Shown here: positions 53,211 through 64,000 of the stretch, one piece after another
Numbering within the stretch: position 1 is the first letter of the stretch
Layout: each line of letters opens with the position of its first letter
DNA from: Nemertoderma westbladi
Taxonomy: Eukaryota; Animalia; Xenacoelomorpha
Length of the DNA: 64,000 nt
Reading direction: 5' to 3'
Assembly (NCBI GenBank): GCA_032718475.1
Contig: JAUCBJ010006289.1
Span: 15,675-79,674 of the forward strand
Notes under the pieces: model-generated
Told to the model about the DNA's origin: nothing
Databases searched by the model: none
What the model saw: the letters and a program-made list of their open reading frames with translations, nothing else
Position numbers and translations under genes: made by a program

Positions 53211-55520
53211 CTGACTTCGAGATCCATGATCCCAGGTAACAGAAGTCGTCCTCATGCTCAAGCATACCATCCTTTGAACTTATGCTCATCCTATCAGAGA
53301 CTTACTGAGGACTTTCAAAGTTAACTGTCAAAATGTTGGTCTTTCTAGAGTTAATAAAAAGACCAACACTAGAAGCAGCATGTTCTAATGAGCTGAGGAG
53401 CCGTTGAGCTCCCTCTAGTGATTCTGTGAGTACTCCTAAGTCATCAGCAAAGTCTATATCAGTTAGGTACTTGGCAGGATTTCCTCGACTTCTGTGGCCA
53501 GTAGGTGGAGTTATCATCACCCCATCATCATTATGATGATCTAAGGACATGCATGGAACATAGTCAACCACAATTATGAACAAGAATGATCCAAGTGTGT
53601 CTCCCTGGAGGACGCCCCATAATACTTCAAATGGTTCTGTATCACTGTCAACAGTAGACACAAATGTTGTCGAACCATTGTATACTGATCTGATTGCTGC
53701 AATAATTTCATCAGGAATCCGATATAATGAAAGTATGCTTGCTGAACATACGTGAGCGAGAGACTGAATCAAAGGCCTTGAAGAAGTCATCAAAGATAAC
53801 AGCCAGATGCCTGTCTTTCTTTTTTGATAACTCTTCAATTATCCTTCTAAGTGCCAAAATGGGCTCCATGGTCCCACGACCTTTATGGAACCCATTCTGA
53901 TTTCCACGGAGCAGTCTCTCAATGGGATCCCTGATGCGATTTAATAGAATTCTATTGTATAGCTTTGCAGCAATCGAGATCAATGAGATTCCCCGAAAAT
54001 AACCATAGAGTGTTAGGTTGCTCTTCTTGGGAACTGGCACCAACTTATTTGTTATCATTTCTTGTGGGACTCTTGTTGTTTGGTACATGTCTACTATGAT
54101 GGGATAGATGAGCTTTAAACACTCAGGTATTTTAAAGACCTCAGGGGGAACACCATCTACTCCACTGGAACGATTGGTCTTAATGCTCTTTGCAGCAGCT
54201 GCAAAGGAGATATCGCCAATGGGAATATCTGGGAGTACAGACTCAGACACTTTTACTTCTATAAAGTTATCAGGCAATACCCTGTCATTATTGAGGAGCT
54301 TTTCCAAGTGGGCCATCCAACCATTGAAGCGATCGGCTGGTGATTCAGCCTCAACCTTAGTGGTTGGTTGGCTTTTCCACCCAGTAAGCAAGTTGATCGA
54401 TTTCCATGCCTGGGATGATTGCCTGCTGTCATCAGCATCATTGATGGCATCAATCTAGTTGGAGAGTAGCACACAATCAGAACCACCTTAGGAAACTTCT
54501 TAGCCAGTCTTCCAGAACATGAGAGGTGGCAACGGATGATGCGGTTAGAGATTTGGTCTATTTTGTCCAATGCTGCATGTGCAGTTGGATTCATCATTAG
54601 ACCAATTCCACCATTGCCACTATCATCTGCTGACGCGAGGGCGAGTCGCCAACCGCCCCCCATGTCCTTAATCAGAACCTCATCAGTCTGTCCAGTCTGC
54701 ATTCGGTGCTCTTGAACACACACTGCGCTAAGAGAAAGCTTATCTGCCAAGGCAGTCAGCTCACCTTGTCGCATTGGGGACCCGAGTGTTAGGGTGTTTA
54801 CTGAGGCTAGTCTAGTGACTTGCCTCAGATTCACCAATGGCTTTGTTGGTCGGGGTGGAACATGAGAGTAGCCTCCAACTCCAGAATCCCTCTCCCCCTC
54901 TCAATCTGGCCTTCCTGGTGACCCACGGTTTGGGCCAGAAAGGTCATCAGGAAAGGGACTCAAAGAATTGTTGGCTGTTCTCTCTCCAGTAGGGGGTGAG
55001 ACAGGCAGCTGGTCAGGCGATAACTGACGCCTGTCCAGTAATTCCACTGGCCTCTAGAGGCTGGACCTCCGCATTACTAATATAATCCATAGTGGGGGTT
55101 GGGGGGTGCTTTTTTGCTGAGTCAGCTCTCAGGGCAAATACCACACCCTGGTTTACCATTCCATAGGGTGGATGTCGCAGTGGAGTCAGATATGAGGCCC
55201 ATCACCCATATCTACTCTGGTGCATATGACCCACCATTGGCTGTGCAGCTTATCTGCTGGGTCATGCCCAGTACCCCTGCTGCCAGGTGCAGGTCGCAGT
55301 GAAGTGCACTCAGAGTGGACATGAGAACACTCTACTCCTGACCAGCCATTGGTAGATCACCATCTGCCTGGCCGGGCCATATACCCCTGCGCCAAGTATA
55401 TGGGTCCTTAATCCAGGACCAAGAGCGTCCTTAGTTAAAGGACCAGATTTGCCCTAGTAAGAGGGTCTATGCAACTACAGGTGGCACCTCCTTTATGCTG
55501 CATGGAGGTGGCAAGTTTTC
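53211..55520 (-). mobile_element. RTE-clade LINE with long 5' UTR, internally deleted and 3'-truncated
   Basis: APE LASVNTLTL, CVQEHR, GNGGIG; RT GVDGVPPE, RGISL, NQNGF, GVLQGD, FADD; ends just after FCYLGS. Confidence 0.85.
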
Positions 55521-55532
55521 TTGATCAATGAC

Positions 55533-57015
55533 CTAGAATACCTGACCTGACCACATTTCATTTCCTGGTAGCTGGGTTATAGGTGAAATTACACTTGGCA
55601 CATCAACTGGCATGGAAGTCACCATATGGTCATTTGTGAATGTAATTGGTGATGTTGCTGATTCATTTACATGCAAGTGATTAACATCCTCTGGGGCTGT
55701 GGGCAATCTCTGATCTGCATTAGGAGACTGTATTGTCATAGGTTCCAGAGCAGTTTAGGGTACGATCTTAAGTTGAGGAACTTTCGTCTTATCCAAGGGA
55801 AACAAACCAGTTTTCCCTAAATCCGGCAATCAAATGTTCTGGTTTTGCGACAAATGCTGACTCAAATAACTCCTTCAAAAGGGTTGGAAAGGCCCCCTTC
55901 TTAACAGTCTTTTGACAAGATTCTCGATAAAAGCGTGTCAAAATAGAATACCAGACCTTCTTTGCGGGTCCATAGACACCTATGTCGAGTGGCTGAAGAG
56001 CACTTGATGTATTTGGAGGAAGAACAACAATGGAAAACGGATTCTTCTCTGGCTTTAACAACAGTGCGATAAGTAATATGAGAACCATGGCCATCATAAT
56101 ACAAAACGACAGGTCTAGTTGCATCTTTAAGAGAAGGAAGAAAGACAGAAATATCCCAGGATTCAAAGACAAAGTCTTCCATCCATCCGGATTTCGTTGC
56201 ATTATATCCCCTTAGGGCCACCGATTGTCCAGCTATCAATAATATGGTCTCCCTTTCAAAGGCTCTTATAAATAACGTACGGGGGGAGATATTGTCCTAA
56301 AGCATTACCGCAGAATAGTACAGTGTACAAGGTCTTTCCTTCAGATGGAACCAAGTACTGCGCATTTCTGATTCCTTTACAGTAAATACACTTCCATGCC
56401 TTTGGGTGAAGGGCCAACCCTACCTCGTCCAAATTATAAAAACGACCAGGCATTTCTCTGATGCTACCACCAACTTTCTCGATCAACCCAGAAACAAGAA
56501 AAAGAACAGAAAAAAGTTTTCTAACATTTCTTGACTTAAGCCTTTAGCTCTACTAATTGTGACATATTCAGGTTTATGGTTTGAGATTCTATTAGCCCAC
56601 CGTTTTTCAAAGTCATTTAGCCAGTCAACACCAGGTGTATTGTCTCTGAATCTGTTTTCTGACCGGTTTCTTCCAAGTATGTTTTTACAATCAGACAAAT
56701 CTAGTTTTGTTCCATTGGCCACCCTGTATCACCAAGGTACTCGAGGGCAGACACCATGAACTCCTCTATTTCAACACGCAACTCACATGGCCTCCCAGCT
56801 CAAAAATGGTTTTCTCTGCCCACTTTTGTGGGTCGTTTAACTGTTCCGCTCCAGCATCCAACAACCCACTGACCAAGTGTACTTCGCTTAATTCCCTTTT
56901 CTTCTGCGATACTACGAATGGTAGCTCCAGTTCTTTTCTCAGCGCGATACCGTGCTACAACACTCTTCAATTCTGCCTCTGTATAACCCCGCGGTGGTTT
57001 TTTCTCAACAGTCAT
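55533..57015 (-). pseudogene. pogo/Tigger-like DDE transposase, frameshifted
   Basis: HTH (IAEEKGIKRSTL), PGVDWLNDF, YNLDEVG, SGWM, YDGHGSH, LPPNTSSALQPLDIGVYGP. Confidence 0.88.
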
Positions 57016-57192
57016 TTCTACGCAACATTATTATATCAGCAATCGCTCTCTAAGGAGCACTTTTGACAAAAAAAAAAAAGGGTATAAGACCGCCTGCACT
57101 AATATAGTACCTTTAGGCCTACCCCTACAGTCCTACCTACTGCAAAAGCCGTTGTTTACAAGTTTAAGATTAGGACCTATTTAGACTGGAGA

Positions 57193-57640
57193 GTGGAACT
57201 ACGCGCGGGTTGTTGAACAGGTGGAACTACCGTGGGTTGTTGAACAAGTGGAACTATGGCGGGTTGTTGAACAGGTGGAACTACAGTGGGTTGATTAACA
57301 GGTGGAACTACGGCGGGTTGTTGAAGGGTGGAACTATGGCGGGTTGTTGAAGGGTGGAACTATGGCGGGTTGTTGAACAGGTGGAACTACAGCGGGTTGT
57401 TGAACAACAGTTGGAACTACGGCGGGTTGATCAACAGGTGGAACAACAGCGGGTTGTTGAAGTATAGGTGGAACTACAGCGGGTTGATGAACAGGTGGAA
57501 CTACGGCAGGTTGATAAAGAGGTGTAGCGACGGCGGCTGGCCCAGCACTGACTGGGGCAGCGCCGGCTGCTGCTGGGCCAGCACCGCCTGGGCCTGCGGC
57601 AGGGGCGGCACCATCTGGGCCAGCGGCGGCAGCTACGTGG
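57193..57640 (-). repeat. 27-bp tandem repeat plus GC-rich lead, reading as Ala/Gly/Pro-rich then (QQPAVVPPV)n on the minus strand
   Basis: Units ggtggaactacggcgggttgttgaaca of 27 or 30 nt, with two 26-nt units; preceded by an acceptor-like tttttaattcttccacgtAG. Confidence 0.7.
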
Positions 57641-59196
57641 AAGAATTAAAAAAATTTTAATATTAATATTAATATATTTATTATTACTTTCAACGCCTAT
57701 CATATTACGAATGCCATATATTATAAATTTAAATTATATAACATTCAATAATTAACTAATAGTAACAATAGTAGTAACCTAGTAACCTAGCAATCTATTA
57801 ACAATAATTTTTAATTATTTCTAACTAATTAGAACACTCTCTAGATATCTAACGCAGTCTCAGCTTCAAAATGAAAGATTTAAAAATTACAGGGATGAAC
57901 AGGTAACCAGATTTGAAACATATCTTATTCTAAAACAATTTTACATCAAAAACTATAAATTTTGTCTGTAGGGTATCTTGAACAAATACCAAGTAACGTA
58001 GAAAGGCAAATTTTGTGGCAGAAGATGTAGATGTCAAAAAAAAACATTTTCATAGATCCAATTCAATATTAAAAGATTTTATATTACATACTATTACTTG
58101 AAGTAGTTCAGACACATGATGACGATGGGGTTCCACAGAAACAAAATGAATTTTGGAGGCCGCCATAATAATGCCGCCCTCCTCATCCTCCCCGGCTCTG
58201 TGGGCCTTGCTCCACCCCGCCACATTCCAACCGCCGTCGTACACCGCCAACTGATGATGTAGATGCTGCCGCACCTCCACATTAGTTACTGTTTGAGTCT
58301 TTGACTAAATAGAAACAGTACAAAATAAATTAATTTAATTTAAATTAATTTAATAAATTAATTTAATAGATTAATAATAACAAATATTCTTATGAATTCA
58401 ATACAATCGCACCAAAGAAAAACTAAAACAAATTTGTTCTTATTTTTATAAATATAACAAGTTGAGATTTTCAATATAAACCGCAATATTATATTAATTA
58501 AATACAACTATTATATTATTATTATAATATATAACATAATAATATAATATATAACATTTTCAATATAAGTAATACTCGATAGTGAACAGAAACATTTTGT
58601 TAATGGAAGACAGATTGACAAAAATGATACGCAGGTTTTACCGTGGCAAGTACAATACACAAACTTCCAACCAGACTTTATATAATATTGGAGCTGACTC
58701 TTTGTTACCCACCCAAGGCTGACACTAGAACAAATCCGCCTCCGCTTTGCAGGACATTGCTTTCGCCGTAAGGACCAGACAGACCATAATCTTGTGCTTT
58801 GATGACCTCATGAAGTAAATACGCATGGTGGACAGCAATATATTTCTTAACACGCATCATAACGTACACAGGCCTTAAAAATGGGGAGGATCTTGCAAAT
58901 GTCATAGGGAGTTGTGGCCGCACTATTTTTTCGACAAACCGGCACATAATTATTAATATATATGTAATATATATAATGCAACTGCAATGCAGCGTGTCAA
59001 TCCTAATAGTTAATTACTGTAGTTAATTAAAATTCATTCAAATGGACTGCAACCTTAAATAGATGATTCCGACACTTATATATATTACCATAAAATTCAC
59101 TGCAATGTACGGAAGCCCGAAGTGGCCAGACAACCATACACATAACTAGACAAACACACACATACCATTTTTCATTTGGGGGGGGGGGGGGTGTTG

Positions 59197-59695
59197 GTGT
59201 GGTTGTCCAGTTGTGTGTGTGGTTGTCGGGGTGTGTGTGTGATTGTCCAGTTGTGTGTGTGTAGTTGTCCAGTTGTGTGTGTGGTTGTCCAGTTGTGTGT
59301 GTGGTTGTCCGGTTGTGTGTGTGGTTGTCCAGTTGTGTGTGTGGTTGTCCAGTTGTGTGTGTGGTTGTCCAGTTGTGTGTGTGGTTGTCCAGTTGTGTGT
59401 GTGGTTGTCCGGTTGTGTGTGTGGTTGTCCAGTTGTGTGTGTGGTTGTCCAGTTGTGTGTGTGGTTGTCCAGTTGTGTGTGTGGTTGTCCGGTTGTGTGT
59501 GTGTAGTTGTCCAGTTGTGTGTGTGGTTGACCAGTTGTGTGTGTGGTTGTCCGGTTGTGTGTGTGGTTGTCCAGTTGTGTGTGTGGTTGTCCAGTTGTGT
59601 GTGTGGTTGTCCAGTTGTGTGTGTGGTTGTCCAGTTGTGTGTGTGGTTGTCCGGTTGTGTGTGTGGTTGTCCAGTTGTGTGTGTGGTTGTCCAGT
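59197..59695. repeat. 20-bp tandem repeat (~25 copies) with an inverted partial copy at 59128-59162
   Basis: (gtggttgtccagttgtgtgt)n. Confidence 0.95.
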
Positions 59696-60018
59696 TATTT
59701 ACTGGTCAACCACACTACTGCACACTACTACACACTACTGCACCAAGTGCTCCAAAGAGGCCAACCATTCATCATTGGTTCGATTTTGACATTTTATTAG
59801 TAGGGGGAAATTTGAAATTTAATGAACCTCCTAATCAACCTATTGTTGATATTGCAGTAGGCCATACTGGTATTGGTTTTATATTACAGTATTGTATGTA
59901 CAGACGTAGGTAATTACCGGTTCCGGTCCGGTGTCTACTGTCTATATGTAAATACCGAGCATTATTTAGCGACGTTTTTTCCGAACTGATATCGGATGGC
60001 AATCTTATTTTACTATAT

Positions 60019-60555
60019 ATGGATAAAAAACCGTGTGTTAAACTGCAATGCAGTGGCAATAAGTTCGTCCTATCTCAATATAAAGATGATATAAATAAGG
60101 ATTATAAGCGGCTAACGTTTCTTCTATGTACGCAGAAAGATTACGATGAATCCCTCAGCATGAATGTAGGCGACCAGGAGCCCAGGTTGCCTGAACTGAA
60201 CGAGTCGTCGATAGGAATGACATTTGCCGCCGTTGACTACGACGAAAGCCACAATATGAATCTAGGCAGTTGGGAGGTTTTGCCTGATCCGAACGAGTCA
60301 TCGACATGGGACATTGGCTTGGTTAATAAGGTACCAATAGTCCTACGGGAACTATTGGTTTTCACTACAGTCTTTGAATTTCAGCCCTCAATATCATTTA
60401 TCCACGCAGAAGATGAAGATGAATACTATAAGGGTCTACCGATAGCAAACACAAGTGCGCTAGATCTAAAACTACCTGTTGTGAAGGACTACCAGTCATT
60501 TAAGAATGTTATGCTAAGAATCATTGAGATGTTGACTACATTTAGCGATAGCTAA
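60019..60555 (+). pseudogene. Internally deleted HECT-like E3 ligase ORF
   Basis: C-terminal LLVFTT..FQPSISF..LPIANTSALDLKLP..DYQSFKNVM resembles the HECT C-lobe LPxAxTC..LxLP, with Ser at the catalytic Cys position. Confidence 0.55.
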
Positions 60556-60859
60556 TTAATTAGTATTATTCACTTTTAACTCATCTTATGTTTTCCTTAT
60601 GTATTTCCAACCATCCTTTGTAACTAATAATAAATAGTTTCTACTTAAATGTAATTAATTAATAGTTTTTACATTGATTTCGATTTTATTGTAAACTTGA
60701 TGGATTGAGGGGGGGGGGGGGGGGGTCCGCATTATTGTAAATTATAAGTACATAAAAAAATTATTTTATTTAATAGCCACAAGTCACAAGTTAACAATGA
60801 ACAAGTAATGTTGAAATATGATTAACAAATGAGGTGTAAGGTGACAATAGAGTTAGAAT

Positions 60860-62117
60860 ACCGATAAATTTATTTGCATAGCTGTAAGAGATGCTCATAA
60901 CGATCAAGTCCCTCTTTCCATGTATACTGTATAGAAGACCACTGCAGCGTTTGTTTTACATAATTAATACTCCAACGTGTTATTCTCTCGAACAGCATAT
61001 GGCACTCTGAAAAAAATTTATGTCGTCTAGTTTAGTACTGTTAATAGGCAACGCAAGTTCTGGAATACCACCTTTTGATTCTGGGTTATAAAAATTGAAA
61101 ATTGGCTTTCCACATATTGTATCATACCGTGATCGTCTGATGTATTGCGTGTTCCAATTCAGCACAATGTCATCCAACAGAGTTTGGATTAAAGGAGCCT
61201 TACAAAACCACATAATATCTCGTTGTACAAGATCAGTAGGATCGTACATACCGATCTCAATGATATCGGCAAAGAAGTTCATCCACCATTGAGCAAAGGA
61301 TTTGCGTAACAGTCAGACAGTGACCACCATGCTTCAATCCGTTGATTGTGTGGTGAGGGCACATAATGGTGGGCATCTAAATTACAACGTAAGAAGGATT
61401 GTGTTGCAGCAGCAATACCATTTTCAGTACCCTTATCGGTTTCGAGACGAAGCGGACAGCCAAACTTACAAACAGCCTCAAGATAAAAGTCGCAGATTAA
61501 TTCAGGGTGGTTATTGGTCCGATCAACTCTTACCCATATTATATATCTGGACCACCCATCAATACATCCTTGTATGGGAAATCCGCACGCTTTTAATTTG
61601 TCGTACCCATCGCAGTGCCATACTGACCGCATTGGGACCTACAGTATGGTATTTCCTACAGACTACGTTGAAGTCTCCTTCTGCTTCTCCTTTCCGTAGC
61701 CTCCGGATTTATTTGTCTTAATATGTTTTGAACGATACGTCGGGGAATACTGAATCCATTGACCCTCAGGTGCTGCCACATGTGTCGGTAACCCCATAAT
61801 CCACCAACTCCTCTTGTTAGAGAATTTATATCAGTATAAACTTCGTCGTAAGTAGAATGGTGTTTGTGTCGTGAAAGACCAAGACGATTAATAATTCTCC
61901 TTACTGTTCTCTGACTTATTTGAACACCATTGTGATTTATTAACATAGTAGTGATTTCTTTATATTTTAAACCACTGAAGAAGTAATTCTTAATTAAAAT
62001 AGAAACATCATCATTATAGTTATCGAGATCGGGGGGTTGGTAATCAACGACAGGAACAACAAGTGACAGGAAAATAAATAGATAAACCATTTTCTCGTCA
62101 GTCCATCCCGCTCTCAA
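60860..62117 (-). pseudogene. IS3/integrase-family DDE transposase (IS3EU-like), frameshifted
   Basis: ISQRTVRR, GYRHMWQHL, GPN, WHCDGYDKLK, CIDGWSR, TDKGTEN, SPHNQRIEAWW, WNTQYIRRSR. Confidence 0.85.
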
Positions 62118-63180
62118 AAAGCATTCCTTTGATCAAATATTGATCAAACTTTGATCAAACATTGATCAAAGTTTGATCAAAATGTGTCCATAGAGTAGCA
62201 TTGGAAGTACCATTGAGATTGAAATGACTTTGATGGCATATTGAAATGACATTGAAATCGACGGACCGAAATTCCAGACTTTCTGTCTCATATTGAAATG
62301 ACATTGAAATGATTTCAAGGTAACAGTTTGCATCTCTCTTCTGCGGCATGCCTTTGTACTTAGGTTCCCGCCAAGAACTGGCTTTTGTTAATGGCCAAGC
62401 CTCGATTTGATTGACAGGGTGGCGGATGGAGCTTGCTTGATTTTACATGGAAGGAGAGCGGTTAGATTTACAAGGCAGTATTGTGGTAGTGTCCCAGACC
62501 GAGTCTTGTAGGGCTTTATTATATTATTACACTAGCAACTAGTTAAGAAAACAGCCCTTGAAATATTTGTAAATTATTATTTATTATAAATTTGTTTTAA
62601 TGTTCCTTAAATCAGAATCAAGGCCAAAGACCTCCATTGGCGTAGCAGCGCGATAAATTCATAAAATATATTTTTAATCGCAAAATAAACTCCACACAGC
62701 CAATACCCGCCCGCCCTTGCTTTTATTACCGCCAAGTGGAGATTCAATAAATTGTGGCTGTTTATTTTCTGATAATCGCAGTGAATTATTATAACCTAGG
62801 CGGCCAGGTATAAATAACGGTTACAGCTTACAAACCGATGGTATGATATGGACGTGGTGTGCTCTGTAGACATCCAACAGAGCACATAGAGCATTACACA
62901 CATAGAGCATTACAGAGCATTACATTAGAGAGGGGGCTGCTTGATTGACACACGGCTCAGTGGCAATCTAGACTTTGAAGTGCAGCGCCTTTGGTAGAAC
63001 TCAATGGCAGGATGAGTATTCATTATTTTTCAGTATATCAACGTTGAAATCGCCAACTAAAATCACCTGCGATTTCGTAGCAACTAGTGATTTTAATTTT
63101 TTTCCAACTTACAATATAAAGTATCAATCGGAAATGAACCCAGTCTATATACCGATCCAACTATAAGTGGCCGGCTACCA

Positions 63181-63797
63181 TTGTCAATCTCAACCCATAC
63201 ATATGGGGTATTCTATCCCAATGCTGCAACCTATCTCCCATCCACCATAGACAATTTATTAAAGAACCAAGAGGCTGAGAAGCAACGGAAATATAATGAT
63301 AGGGTACTGGTAGAACGTGCATCATCATTTACTCCTCTCGTTTTTACCTCTAGCGGTGCTGCAGGACCTGAGTGTGGCCGATTTTTAACGCATCTTGCTG
63401 GTCGTCTGGCGGAGAAGCGTGATTCCACCTATTCATCGGTTGCACATTGGTTGCGATGTCGACTTTCCTTCAGCTTACTCCGTACAACTGGGCTTTGCCT
63501 TCGAGGTCACCGTAGTCCTCTTTCCTATACCACCGTGCCAGCAGAGGATCCGCGGCTTACTTCCAACCTATGCCCCTCTGTTTCCTAAATTATTTTAAGG
63601 TAAATTAATGATAAGTCTGTTATTGAAGGTATTTCTGTCTGTCTGTCAAACTATTAATGTTGAATTTGTGTTTATTTAAATTTGTGCTGAATTTGTATCG
63701 ATGTTCATACCATAATTAATTATTTTTGTTTCTAATTTTACTACTTTATGTTTTCATGTTTTTGTTTTCAATAAAAATACATTTATAAAAAAAAAAT
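63181..63797 (+). mobile_element. 3' fragment of a second RLE non-LTR retrotransposon (CRE-like)
   Basis: VFYPNAATY, EAEKQRKYNDRV, FTPLVFTSSG, WLRCRLSFSLLR, CLRG; T-rich 3' UTR with aataaa and an A-tail. Confidence 0.85.
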
Positions 63798-64000
63798 TCT
63801 ACCAGGATGAAAAAAAAAAATTTAATAAATTAATTTAATAGATTAATAATAACAAATATTCTTATGAATTCAATGCAATCGCACCAAAGAAAACTAAAAC
63901 AAATTTGTTCTTATTTTTATAAATATAACAAGTTGAGATTTTTAATATAAACCGCAATATTATATTAATTAAATACAACTATTATATTATTATTATAATG

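Larger units (their letters stand above)
59108..62360. mobile_element. IS3EU-like DNA transposon: integrase-type transposase plus convergent second ORF and subterminal repeats
   Basis: Candidate left end TACGGAAGCCC (recalled IS3EU-type end); tandem arrays near both ends (20-mer; ttgatcaaa and attgaaatgac units at 62128-62312). Right end uncertain. Confidence 0.65.
58349..63999. repeat. ~180-bp direct repeat (58349-58528, 63821-63999)
   Basis: Near-identical AT-rich copies (about 3 differences); second copy reaches the window end. Confidence 0.9.

Noticed and set aside
59176-59913. Cys/Val-rich ORFs, or a CRISPR-like array
   Set aside because: Head-to-tail 20-bp repeat with no unique spacers, no cas genes, and a eukaryotic context

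Overview
AT-rich eukaryotic (animal, probably invertebrate) genomic DNA. It holds one clear host gene, an intronless lysosomal/gastric acid lipase, followed by about 60 kb of nested and mostly decayed transposons. Identified elements: a Copia (GalEa-like) relic with a Penelope insertion; Chapaev-, Kolobok-, Harbinger-, Tc1-, piggyBac- and pogo-like relics; L2/CR1 and RTE LINEs; and one intact young Gypsy element (CsRN1-like, identical 115-bp LTRs) inside a foldback element. Highlights: (1) A ~14-kb Helitron-like element. Removing two TSD-delimited LINEs rebuilds one long Rep(HUH)-PIF1 helicase frame fused to a C-terminal USP/C19 deubiquitinase. Its hairpin-CTAG 3' end recurs twice more, each time next to (TAG)n. 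(2) A CRE-type RLE retrotransposon carrying a Ulp1/SENP protease. (3) An IS3EU-like transposon with a convergent HECT-like ORF. Three unrelated mobile elements therefore carry ubiquitin/SUMO enzymes. (4) A canonical type III hammerhead ribozyme and two Penelope-type minimal hammerhead motifs. All family calls come from reading motifs by eye; no database search was run.
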